The translations under genes were made by a program, and so were the position numbers. The notes under the pieces are model-generated. The model was not told where the DNA came from. It made no database searches and was given only the letters and a program-made list of their open reading frames with translations. 64,000 bases of DNA from a virus: positions 64,001 through 128,000 of IMG/VR virus record IMGVR_UViG_3300017991_000003. One strand, 5' to 3'. Positions within the stretch are counted from its first letter, which is position 1; each line of letters opens with the position of its first letter. Shown here piece by piece: positions 55,923 through 64,000 of this stretch.

Positions 55923-56780
55923 TCAGTAAGGCTGCGTCTGCATGCCTGTGATCTCCAGAAGTCCGTCGACCTCTTCGGTCTGAGCATCGAACAAGAGGCC
56001 CGGGCACTGCTCCATCAGGATCTCGTAGACCTGGTTGAAGATCAGGCGGATTTCCCATTCGGCATGCCGGGAGGTGCGCATCATCAGCATGTGCCGCAGG
56101 GAGCGGACGTTAGCGGACCACCCCAGCTCGTTGGCTTGCCCGTTGGGAAGGACGCGTCGCAGGGCCGAGGTGACCTTCTTCTTGGTAGCGAAGTCCCGGA
56201 TCGGCTCGTCCGGTAGGGCTGATGGGTCTCCCCAGCTGCGGCGCGCTTCCTCGAGCTCGTCATCGGAGCAGACGCCCAAGCGGAGCCGCATCGCGTCGTA
56301 GTGGTCTGTGATGGCGTTGATGACTAGCTCTACTTCATCCATGACCGGAGCCAGGATAGGGTCGACGACGACGTCCAGCTGATCCGTGCGGACGTACCGA
56401 CCACTGGTTTGACTGAAGGCCGTGCCGGCGCGATGCCGAACCATCTCGTGGGTGAAGACGCGGGAGCAGTTCGTGGTTACGAAGTTGAAGGACACATGCT
56501 CGAAGACGCTGCCGTGTCCGTGCTCCAGGGTGGCTCGCACGTTGTCGGCGATGTCACGCGTGCGGCTGATGTTCTCGTTCTTGCCTGGGGTCAGGGCGCT
56601 GTAGCAGAGCTTGGCGTAGAAGCTCGAGATGATCTCCAGATCAGACAGCCCCTGCTGCCTCGCCTTGGCGATGTCAGCCAAGAAGGAGGATTGGTTCGTG
56701 GCTCGGAGATACCCGCTGACAGCGTGGAGGTCCAGCTGGGTGCATCCGATGAGGTGTGTGGTGGGTTCGACGATGGTCAT
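55923..56780 (-). CDS. thyX: flavin-dependent thymidylate synthase ThyX
   Basis: ThyX signature HEMVRHRAGTAFSQTSGRY (RHRx7-8S...RY); trimmed to ATG 56780 (MTIVEPTTHL...). Confidence 0.8.
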   Translation of the reverse strand: MTIVEPTTHLIGCTQLDLHAVSGYLRATNQSSFLADIAKARQQGLSDLEIISSFYAKLCYSALTPGKNENISRTRDIADNVRATLEHGHGSVFEHVSFNFVTTNCSRVFTHEMVRHRAGTAFSQTSGRYVRTDQLDVVVDPILAPVMDEVELVINAITDHYDAMRLRLGVCSDDELEEARRSWGDPSALPDEPIRDFATKKKVTSALRRVLPNGQANELGWSANVRSLRHMLMMRTSRHAEWEIRLIFNQVYEILMEQCPGLLFDAQTEEVDGLLEITGMQTQPY

Positions 56781-56857
56781 AGGTGTAGGGGGCTGCGGGG
56801 TTGAGGCTCCAGTAAAGCAGATGGGACCGGCTTCTGCCTTGTTCTTGTCTCTTTTTC

Positions 56858-56886
56858 TTGACAAGCAGGCACACGCGCAAGAGACT
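56858..56886 (+). promoter_or_regulatory. candidate promoter (TTGACA, 17-bp spacer, weak -10 gagact)
   Basis: TTGACA at 56858-56863 in the divergent region between thyX and the exonuclease gene; -10 is weak. Confidence 0.25.
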
Positions 56887-56962
56887 GAGTCAGATCGGTC
56901 ATGAGTCCTATGAGGCCACCGGTGTTGATCACATCCCTAGGCCACACCCGAACTAGGTGAGA

Positions 56963-56990
56963 GCCGGCTCCTGCCGGCCCTTCTGTTTTT
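56963..56990 (+). terminator. hairpin plus T-run immediately upstream of the exonuclease start (terminator/attenuator-like)
   Basis: gccggc-tcct-gccggc stem then ccttctgttttt ending about 10 nt before ATG 57001. Confidence 0.4.
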
Positions 56991-57000
56991 GGAACCAAGC

Positions 57001-57792
57001 ATGAAACGACCCTTCGCTCCCTTTGACATCGAGACCGCCAAGGTCCTTCCAGAGGATGTCGAGGACATCCGAGAGCATCGCCCGCTGGGAGTCTCCTGCG
57101 CCGTCCTCGTGGTCGGTGATTCGGTCCCTCTTCGTTTCTTCAACCCCGACGATCTCGCGTGGACCCAGGAGCATGCGCAGATGTTCCTGACCACGCTCGA
57201 GCAACACATCGAGGACGGCATCCGCGTGGCTAGCTGGAATGGTCTTGGCTTTGACCTTGACATCCTGGCCGAGGAGGCTGGGGAAGGGGAGTGGCGCGAG
57301 AAGGCCCGCAAGATCGCACTCAACCACTACGACTTGATGTTCCAGGTCATGTGCACCAAGGGCTATCCGGTTAGCCTCCAGAACTCCTGCAAGGGCTTCG
57401 GCCTCGAGGGTAAGCTGGCATCGGTCGGCGGCGCCAAGGCCCCCGCCATGTGGGCGGAGGGGCATAGGCAGGAGGTCCTGGACTACTGTGCTCAAGACGT
57501 GAAGGCGACCCTCGAGGTCTTCGAGTCTGTGGAGTATGCAAGCGAGTTCCGGTGGATCTCTAAGAAAGGGCGCCCGAACTCGTTCGACTGTCCGGAGCTC
57601 CTGACGGTTTCGCAGTGCTTGGAGCTCCCGGAGCCGAACACGAGCTGGATGGACAACCCTATCCCGCGGACGGCTTTCACCCACTGGCTGTACGAGGATG
57701 TCGAGCGTCCGATGCAGCAACCTGTCACGAAGCCCGCAGACCCCACTCCAACAGGGTTTGGTGAGCTGGACTTCATTCAACCCAGGCAGTAA
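57001..57792 (+). CDS. DnaQ-like 3'-5' exonuclease (DEDD family)
   Basis: Exo I FDIETAK, Exo II WNGLGFDLDIL, Exo III YCAQDVKA; track start 56989 is TTG so first ATG 57001 used. Confidence 0.75.
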   Translation: MKRPFAPFDIETAKVLPEDVEDIREHRPLGVSCAVLVVGDSVPLRFFNPDDLAWTQEHAQMFLTTLEQHIEDGIRVASWNGLGFDLDILAEEAGEGEWREKARKIALNHYDLMFQVMCTKGYPVSLQNSCKGFGLEGKLASVGGAKAPAMWAEGHRQEVLDYCAQDVKATLEVFESVEYASEFRWISKKGRPNSFDCPELLTVSQCLELPEPNTSWMDNPIPRTAFTHWLYEDVERPMQQPVTKPADPTPTGFGELDFIQPRQ

Positions 57793-57794
57793 TC

Positions 57795-58106
57795 ATGGCC
57801 ACACACTTCTGCGTCCTTCAAGACGCTATTCGACCTCTGAGTTCCGAAGAGGACGCGACCCTCCTGGCGTTCCTTCAATGGTGCCGAGAGAGCGAGACCC
57901 GCGCTGCGTGGGTAGATGCCTCTGCTTACGTGCTCGAGGGCACGCATTCCGTCATCATTGATGCAGGACTTCTGCGGGGTAACCTGGAGTCTGCGTACTC
58001 ACTCAACCAAGGAGAGCTTCCCTGCCCGGACGCTGTTCGAGACGTCCTCCCCATCCTGGCCAAGCTCTGTGATCAGGATACTCCCCTCGTCTGGCTCAGT
58101 TGGTAA
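57795..58106 (+). CDS. hypothetical protein
   Basis: 103-aa ORF. Confidence 0.45.
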   Translation: MATHFCVLQDAIRPLSSEEDATLLAFLQWCRESETRAAWVDASAYVLEGTHSVIIDAGLLRGNLESAYSLNQGELPCPDAVRDVLPILAKLCDQDTPLVWLSW

Positions 58107-58109
58107 CCC

Positions 58110-58343
58110 ATGCAAGACAAAACTCACATCGTCGTGATGACTGTTACGAGCGGCCGACCCTCCGATGAGGTGGCCAAGCAGGTCCGGCAGCAGTTGGCTC
58201 ACGCAGACTGCCCGTTCACGACCACGCGCGTGCAGGCGGCAGAGCTACCGGAGCACGCGCAGATCACGCAAGTAACGGTGGGGGCCAAGACGCACCCCGA
58301 GTCCCTGATCTTTCCCATCGAGCTGGTCTCGAGCAATGACTGA
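58110..58343 (+). CDS. hypothetical protein
   Basis: 77-aa ORF. Confidence 0.4.
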   Translation: MQDKTHIVVMTVTSGRPSDEVAKQVRQQLAHADCPFTTTRVQAAELPEHAQITQVTVGAKTHPESLIFPIELVSSND

Positions 58344-58869
58344 GCATCTATCCCTCACGCCTAGGGTCAAAGGCGCGCATGCCTTCGCAACCGCGGCCCA
58401 CATGGGCCAAGAGCGCTTCACCGGTGAGAACTACATCACCCACCCTGAGGCCGTGGCCGAGATCGTCTATCAGGCCTTTGGCCACGAGGCGATGATCGAG
58501 TCGCTCCTCATCCTCGCGCTGCTTCACGACGTCTTGGAGGATCAAGGGGAGCACATCTTTCTCGAGGAGCTCCAGGTCGTCGACGGGTTCAGCTACAAGC
58601 TGGTCCTTGAGAAGGATGTGGGGATGATCAAGCTGGCATCCGAGGTCTTGCTCCGTCGTGATGAGATGGGCGCCCTCTGGGCTCTAACTAAGGGATCGAA
58701 AGAGCCGTACGACCAGTATGTCGATCGGTGCCTAGGTAACGCGCTGGCTCGCAAAATCAAGTGGGCCGACACGACGCACAACCGGAGCACGTTGCCCGAG
58801 GGGCACAGCCTCTTCGCGCGCTACAACAAGACCCTGGCCCGTCTAGACGAGGTGCTGTCCGATGAATAG
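58336..58869 (+). CDS. HD-domain hydrolase, SpoT/Mesh1-like (candidate small alarmone hydrolase)
   Basis: 177 aa; AFATAAHMGQERFTGENYITHPEAVAEIV then ILALLHDVLED matches the RelA/SpoT hydrolase H...HP...HD...ED pattern. Confidence 0.7.
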   Translation: MTEHLSLTPRVKGAHAFATAAHMGQERFTGENYITHPEAVAEIVYQAFGHEAMIESLLILALLHDVLEDQGEHIFLEELQVVDGFSYKLVLEKDVGMIKLASEVLLRRDEMGALWALTKGSKEPYDQYVDRCLGNALARKIKWADTTHNRSTLPEGHSLFARYNKTLARLDEVLSDE

Positions 58870-59098
58870 CCACCCGTACCTAGAGCGGTGCCCGTGCTGC
58901 GGGGATGCGCCGTTCGATCCGTTCATGTACGGGTCAGTGTTCCTCGATGGCTGGCAGCGTGTCTGGGAGGGCATCAAAGCCTTCCTCGGGCGCCGCCCCC
59001 CGCGGTACATGACCCTCATCTGCTGGAAGTGCAAACACATCGTCGCCCACGTAGGGATCGACGGCGGCATGAACATGGAGAAGAAGCATGGCTCGTAG
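58862..59098 (+). CDS. hypothetical zinc-ribbon protein
   Basis: 78 aa; CPCCG...CWKCKH. Confidence 0.45.
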   Translation: MNSHPYLERCPCCGDAPFDPFMYGSVFLDGWQRVWEGIKAFLGRRPPRYMTLICWKCKHIVAHVGIDGGMNMEKKHGS

Positions 59099-59621
59099 CT
59101 GGACGCAGTTCGAGCAGCAGGTAGCTAGCCCCCCGTACGCGCTGTCCGAGGAGGCAGCGAAGGACTGGGTTACTCACGCTGAAGCCGGGAACATCGAACT
59201 CTGGGTCAACAACCTCTACCTGGTACTGATCTACCGAGGCGACATCGTCCCGTGCGACGACGCCCTTCGCCCGCGTAACCCGGTGTGGTTGAGCATCCGG
59301 CGTGTGGAGCGCGGGAAGCTACCTCGAGACTGGCGTGACCTCCAGAGGATCAAGAATGAGATCCTGGGTACGCAGTACGAGCTGGTTGAGCTCTTCCCTG
59401 CTGAGGAGCGGCTCGTGGACGAGGCGGATCAGACGCACCTCTGGGGCTTCGAGTCTGTCGGCGCGCGCTTCCCGTTCGGCTACACCGAGCGGGTCATCGG
59501 TACCCCTGAGCAGGCTGAGTCTCTTGGTGGAACCCTACGTGAGTTTGAGTACAAGCCTGGCGAGTGGCATCACCCGCCGGCTCGCGAGCGTCGTGAGGCG
59601 CAGGAGGGCTCTGATGCCTGA
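59088..59621 (+). CDS. hypothetical protein
   Basis: 177-aa ORF. Confidence 0.5.
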   Translation: MARSWTQFEQQVASPPYALSEEAAKDWVTHAEAGNIELWVNNLYLVLIYRGDIVPCDDALRPRNPVWLSIRRVERGKLPRDWRDLQRIKNEILGTQYELVELFPAEERLVDEADQTHLWGFESVGARFPFGYTERVIGTPEQAESLGGTLREFEYKPGEWHHPPARERREAQEGSDA

Positions 59622-59805
59622 GTATCGTGTGTATGCCCTTGTGCGCGGTTCTAAGTACCTCGGCACGGTCGAGGCTGACAGCAAGGAAGAGGCCGAGAAG
59701 GTCGCATGGAATGAGCTCGATCACTTCGTGGGGCTATGCCATCAATGCTCCAAAGAGATTGATGATCCTGAGGTCGATGAGCTCGACATCCTGGAGAACG
59801 AATGA
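59614..59805 (+). CDS. hypothetical small acidic protein
   Basis: ATG 59614 (MPEYRVYALV...), overlaps upstream gene by 8 nt; CHQC motif. Confidence 0.4.
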   Translation: MPEYRVYALVRGSKYLGTVEADSKEEAEKVAWNELDHFVGLCHQCSKEIDDPEVDELDILENE

Positions 59806-59823
59806 GTAAGAAGACGAGCGCTG

Positions 59824-60084
59824 ATGAGTGACGCAACCAAGCAGAGGAGTCTGGATCGAGAACTGTGTGGCGTTCCACGCTACGAGCTGTGGCTGGAGTA
59901 CCCTGAGAGCGATTCATGGAGGTGCCTTGATCTGCGGCAAGAGCATCGCTTCAGCAGCAAGAAGAAAGCCTTCCAAGACGCTAAGTACTACACCCAATGG
60001 CATCCAGATCGTGGACGTGCCTGCGTGTTCGATCGTAAGACAGGACATGTCATAGCGGTTTTCTACCCGGAGCAAGGCAAATGA
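59824..60084 (+). CDS. hypothetical protein
   Basis: 86-aa ORF. Confidence 0.45.
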   Translation: MSDATKQRSLDRELCGVPRYELWLEYPESDSWRCLDLRQEHRFSSKKKAFQDAKYYTQWHPDRGRACVFDRKTGHVIAVFYPEQGK

Positions 60085-60332
60085 GTAAGAAGATGAGCTC
60101 GGCTGTGGCCGAGGCTTTGAACATCAAGCGGGCTCATCGAGCCATCACTGCGCTCGCCGCGTACAAGCAAACGCAGCTCGGCGAGTCTGGTCCTGTGTGT
60201 CGGGATACCCTTGTTGACCTGTTGGTTGATCTGCGGCACGCGCTGGACGTCGTGGATCTAGGCATCACGCTCGAAGAGGCTCTTCGGATCTCCGAGGACC
60301 ACTACACCATCGAATCCGCCGAGGCCGAGTAG
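60081..60332 (+). CDS. hypothetical protein
   Basis: 83 aa; 4-nt overlap. Confidence 0.45.
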   Translation: MSKKMSSAVAEALNIKRAHRAITALAAYKQTQLGESGPVCRDTLVDLLVDLRHALDVVDLGITLEEALRISEDHYTIESAEAE

Positions 60333-60366
60333 CCTCACAACCCTGGGACCTAGGTCCCTTTTAGCC

Positions 60367-62778
60367 ATGCACCGAGCCACACTCATTACCACCGTCCCCA
60401 ACCTCCCCAAGTTCATCCTACGCGGCGTTGTACCACTGCCGCGTGGCTACACATTCGGCGGACCCGGCCAGGACTGCCCTTTTACCATCAAACACCCCCT
60501 GCTGGATGAGAACTGCCCGACGCAGTGGCAACCGGTAAGCTACTACCCGTCGGAGGTGGGACAGGACGCCGAGGTCGCGTCGGCCGAGATTCTTGCCGTG
60601 ATCGACCGCGATGATCTTCCGCCGGGTGTGCGCGCCTTCTTCCAGCTACATGAAGAGGCCAGTGCCTGGTCGTACCCCGAGCCGGCCACCGAGGCGATCC
60701 TGATGACGCAGATGAAGGACGCGGTGCGTCTGCGCGCTACGGATTTCTTCGGCAACGTCTACGAGGCATCCCTGTCTCGCAACATGTTTGCGCAGGTCCC
60801 CGGAGGCCCGAGCGGGCTACCCACCGGTCCGGGAACGATCCTCGACACGCGGACGCATCGCATGGGCTGTGCGATGGGCACGGTGGAGACACACGGGTGG
60901 CTTGACAAGAAGGGCCCGGGTACGGCGGAGGCCCTGCCGTGGTTCTTGGGCTGGCAGGCATTCTTCTCTGTCCGCACCGGCTCGGACGTGGTCGAGCTCG
61001 CGCTCAACGTGCACAACGCCTTCAGCCCTCCCAAGAATCTGTCGGACCCTGCGGGCCATATGTACTTCAAGGAACTCAGCCTGGTGGTGCCCAAGGGCTG
61101 GGCGATCATGTCGGAGTGGCCAGAGCCGTCGATGGGTTCTCCGAAGCCTGATGACAACGACGCCTTCTACGTCATCCCGCTGGTGGCGGCCAATGAGGAC
61201 GGCACGATGCATATGATGGCGCAGCAGGCGGAGCGGGAGTGGCGCCTAGTCCTCTTTGAGGAGGGGAACCAGAGCAACGCACAGGAGGTGCTCAACCAGT
61301 ATGGTTGGGCTGTCCCCGCGCACGACACTGCCGAGGCGGGCCTTGAGAATCCCTGGTGCTGGCAGAACGAGGAGACGGGGAACTACCAAGCACAGCGTTT
61401 CCCGGTCCCGTCCCTGGACCCGCAAGCCTGCCTGGAGCGCACCCTCGTCGAGTACTCGAAGATCCGGGCGGCGTTGGCCTCTCGTACGGCGGTGCAGTAC
61501 CCCGACGCCAAGCCTTATGGTTACTTCCATCCCTACGGCGTGTCCTATGGTGGCATGACTGGGGGCAGCGAGATCTTCCCCTTCGACGGTCTCGTGGAGC
61601 TTACGGCCGGGTCGGTCGAGGGCTTGCTCTACACCCGAGCGCTGCACTTCATGTACAGCTGTCGTCAGCAGGGGATGATCTACAACATCAAGGGCAAGCC
61701 GACCCGCTTCGAGGACTACCTCAAGGATGGGACGTGCGACTGGCACTACCTCAACGCCAAGTGGTATCCCGGCTATGACGGGGACTACGACTTCCTGAAC
61801 GCTGTCTCGACACACCGGCCGGCCATCGAGGCCGCGGGACAGCTCCCGGTCTACGAGCCGCAGGTGACTCGCGAGTATGGCAGCTACTCTTCGTACTATC
61901 AGCCGCAGGACTTCCAGCACTACGTCCGACGCACGCGTAGCTGTCGGACGCTGGCGTGGCTGGACAACGACCCGCTAGCCAAGCGCAAGCTCGAGATGCT
62001 CGCCGAGATCGGGCTGATGTGGTACCACGACATGCCGAGCAACTCGGCGGCCGGCGTCTTCGGCCACCTCTCCACGGAGATCACCGACGGCGGCGACGGC
62101 ATGACCATCCCCGAGGGGCGTGGCGCTGCTTGGGTCATGGACACGGCGGCCGCGGCCTATGCCGTAGGTGAGAAGAGCTGGCGAGACCGCGCTGTCGTCC
62201 GCTCCTGGTTCGAGGCGGTGACCTTCGTACTACGCTCAAGCCTGACCCCGGCCGGCATCTGTCAGGGCTACCGCAAGGGCAAGATGGTCACCATGCACCC
62301 CTTCCTGGGGCAGTACGTCGTCTGCCACCCGTTCGAGCAGGGCCTCCTAGCCCACGGCATGCAGGCCATCCTCAAGTCGGTGTGTGAGGGGCTCGAGGGC
62401 GCCGAAGAAGGACTCTGTCGTGAGTTCCTCCAGATCCAGGCTGATGGGCTGGCCCGCTACATGTGGCGTGACGGTACTGGCGGCGCGTGGACGAAGATGG
62501 CGGTGGGCCCACTCGATGGTGAGCCCTTCGAGTCCATTGACGAGGTCCCCGAGGACGGGTTCTATGGCCCCTACCCCGAGGTCTGGCAGATCGTTCCCGG
62601 CATGGCCTACGCGCTGGCCGATCCCGAGCTCTCCAACGTGACGCGCACCGCACTCATGGCTCGGGTCACGGACTATGCTGGCGGGCACCCGGATCCTGTG
62701 GAGTGGTTCGAAGGGCAAGGCCTGAAGATGATCGAAAACCGGGCGCCGCTGCTTGCATGGCTCCAGTTGAACGACTAG
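60367..62778 (+). CDS. large hypothetical protein
   Basis: 803 aa uninterrupted ORF, aromatic-rich; no catalytic motif recognised; followed by a strong terminator. Confidence 0.65.
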   Translation: MHRATLITTVPNLPKFILRGVVPLPRGYTFGGPGQDCPFTIKHPLLDENCPTQWQPVSYYPSEVGQDAEVASAEILAVIDRDDLPPGVRAFFQLHEEASAWSYPEPATEAILMTQMKDAVRLRATDFFGNVYEASLSRNMFAQVPGGPSGLPTGPGTILDTRTHRMGCAMGTVETHGWLDKKGPGTAEALPWFLGWQAFFSVRTGSDVVELALNVHNAFSPPKNLSDPAGHMYFKELSLVVPKGWAIMSEWPEPSMGSPKPDDNDAFYVIPLVAANEDGTMHMMAQQAEREWRLVLFEEGNQSNAQEVLNQYGWAVPAHDTAEAGLENPWCWQNEETGNYQAQRFPVPSLDPQACLERTLVEYSKIRAALASRTAVQYPDAKPYGYFHPYGVSYGGMTGGSEIFPFDGLVELTAGSVEGLLYTRALHFMYSCRQQGMIYNIKGKPTRFEDYLKDGTCDWHYLNAKWYPGYDGDYDFLNAVSTHRPAIEAAGQLPVYEPQVTREYGSYSSYYQPQDFQHYVRRTRSCRTLAWLDNDPLAKRKLEMLAEIGLMWYHDMPSNSAAGVFGHLSTEITDGGDGMTIPEGRGAAWVMDTAAAAYAVGEKSWRDRAVVRSWFEAVTFVLRSSLTPAGICQGYRKGKMVTMHPFLGQYVVCHPFEQGLLAHGMQAILKSVCEGLEGAEEGLCREFLQIQADGLARYMWRDGTGGAWTKMAVGPLDGEPFESIDEVPEDGFYGPYPEVWQIVPGMAYALADPELSNVTRTALMARVTDYAGGHPDPVEWFEGQGLKMIENRAPLLAWLQLND

Positions 62779-62824
62779 ATTGAGGGTCGATCGCAGGTAG
62801 GCATCTGTGGTCGGTGTAGAGGTA

Positions 62825-62863
62825 GGCCCGGTACCGCACGCAGCGGCGCCGGGCCTTCTTTTT
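62825..62863 (+). terminator. intrinsic terminator
   Basis: Nested stem ggcccgg-ta-ccgc...gcgg-cg-ccgggcc followed by ttcttttt. Confidence 0.7.
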
Positions 62864-62889
62864 AGCTGGCACTGGCTAGGAGTGTCAGT

Positions 62890-62912
62890 AAAAAGAGAGC
62901 CCCGAAGGGCTC
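62890..62912 (-). terminator. intrinsic terminator for the minus-strand gene
   Basis: A-run 62890-62894 then gagccc-cgaa-gggctc hairpin on plus strand; 13-bp direct repeat gggctccggcccc follows twice. Confidence 0.5.
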
Positions 62913-62944
62913 CGGCCCCTGAGGGCTCCGGCCCCGCAGGGGGC

Positions 62945-63352
62945 CTACTGGTCTCGGCGCTTCTTGAGATCCTCGATCCAGCGGGAGACCGCTTCGATCA
63001 TCTCGTACGGCACGCCCTCGTGCCGAAGGATCGCCTCGGCATCGGCGATCTGCTGGTTGAGCTCCGGGCGGGCCAGCTCCGGTTCGGGCTCCGGCTCCGC
63101 CGTCTTCGCGGTGCTGGCGCCGCAGGCCGCGAGACCCATGACGGCCTCGCCGACCTTGGCGATCTCGCCCGCGAGCTCGACGACGTTCCCCTCGAGCTCC
63201 CAGCTCGAGGCGCTTTTGAGGACCTCGCGACCGTCATCGGTCAGGACGGTGAGGGTGTAGGCGGGGATGTTGATCGAGATTTTCATCTGGGTGGGTGGTG
63301 GTGATGGTGTCTCCGGAGTAGACATCTCCGGATCACTAAACACATGCCCCAC
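62945..63352 (-). CDS. hypothetical protein
   Basis: 135-aa ORF. Confidence 0.5.
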   Translation of the reverse strand: MGHVFSDPEMSTPETPSPPPTQMKISINIPAYTLTVLTDDGREVLKSASSWELEGNVVELAGEIAKVGEAVMGLAACGASTAKTAEPEPEPELARPELNQQIADAEAILRHEGVPYEMIEAVSRWIEDLKKRRDQ

Positions 63353-63386
63353 AACCCCCTCTTAGTTGCTGTTTCAGGTACCAGCT

Positions 63387-63407
63387 AAAAGAGGGGCCGA
63401 AGCCCCT
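63387..63407 (-). terminator. intrinsic terminator
   Basis: A-run 63387-63390 then aggggc-cgaa-gcccct hairpin on plus strand, just downstream of minus gene 63430..63627. Confidence 0.45.
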
Positions 63408-63429
63408 AGCCGGCTTACGGGCCGGCGAC

Positions 63430-63627
63430 CTAGCTCACGATAGCGGCATAGAGTGCACCTGATCCCAGGGCCATCCACAGGATGACACCCACGATCATGG
63501 CTCCGATGAAGAGCCAACTCACAGTCGCCTCATACCAGTCGGCGTCCGCGCCGGGTCTGAGATCCTCTCTGCCGCGGATCAGCCACGGGATGAACTTGAA
63601 GGCCATGACGAGGGCGAAGGCCAGCAT
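63430..63627 (-). CDS. small membrane protein
   Basis: 65 aa, two hydrophobic segments. Confidence 0.4.
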   Translation of the reverse strand: MLAFALVMAFKFIPWLIRGREDLRPGADADWYEATVSWLFIGAMIVGVILWMALGSGALYAAIVS

Positions 63628-63662
63628 AGGAGCCCAACTACCCAGCAGAACAATACCATGGT

Positions 63663-63956
63663 CTATACCTCCTCCTCGAAGAGCTTCCAGACCTCGAAGT
63701 CGCTGAGCCGGCGCCTCGAGCCGTCCTGCATGACCCAGCAGGGATCACCCATCACATCGAACTGGGCCAGCGTTACGCGGTCGTTCACGTCATGCCACGT
63801 CTGGGCTACATGCACCGGGTGAGACCGGAGCGTCGTCGGCACGACCCGGGGCAGGACCTGGTCCGTGCGGCTCCACAGCTTGGTGGATGGCGTGCGGCTG
63901 AAGGTCAGCTGACCGTCCAGCAGGATCTTCTCGAGTCGACGAACGTCCTCAGCCAT
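63663..63956 (-). CDS. hypothetical protein
   Basis: 97-aa ORF, ATG at 63956. Confidence 0.45.
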   Translation of the reverse strand: MAEDVRRLEKILLDGQLTFSRTPSTKLWSRTDQVLPRVVPTTLRSHPVHVAQTWHDVNDRVTLAQFDVMGDPCWVMQDGSRRRLSDFEVWKLFEEEV

Positions 63957-64000
63957 TCGGTCCTCACCAGCGGCCTCAAGGCTTTCTCGATCGGCAGCCA

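Noticed and set aside
1-64000. Integrase, attachment site or other evidence that the element is an integrated prophage
   Set aside because: No tyrosine/serine recombinase motifs, flanking tRNA or host housekeeping genes were seen; whether the element is integrated or a free phage genome cannot be decided from this window

Overview
GC-rich window (roughly 60% or more by eye, not computed) that reads as a contiguous slice of a tailed dsDNA phage or prophage genome, gene-dense in alternating strand blocks. Recognisable modules: (i) a run of small Cys/His-rich early-type ORFs (1-4427, minus strand); (ii) a split replication set: family A DNA polymerase with 3'-5' exonuclease domain (4487-7027), DnaG-like primase (8555-9574), DnaB-like helicase (18199-19593), ThyX thymidylate synthase (55923-56780) and DnaQ-like exonuclease (57001-57792); (iii) a translationally coupled tail-fibre operon (9633-16127) led by a 1258-aa repeat-rich fibre protein; (iv) a lysis-like pair with a membrane-anchored SLT/lysozyme-like protein (17543-18107); (v) a sigma-70-family sigma factor (40971-41711) closing a long plus-strand operon of large uncharacterised proteins; (vi) auxiliary enzymes (DHH phosphoesterase, calcineurin-like phosphoesterase, SpoT/Mesh1-like HD hydrolase). 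The most unusual element is a tightly coupled minus-strand operon (26266-31755): a retron-type reverse transcriptase, two unknown proteins, a JAB/JAMM metalloprotease-domain protein, an E1-like (ThiF/MoeB) enzyme and a small beta-grasp-like protein, ending at a 1.36-kb non-coding region with a 36-bp inverted repeat and a thrice-repeated short inverted-repeat motif. No rRNA, tRNA, CRISPR array or integrase was found. All calls come from reading motifs in the translated ORFs and the DNA by eye; no database search or structure prediction was run, so product names are motif-level inferences and start codons are approximate.
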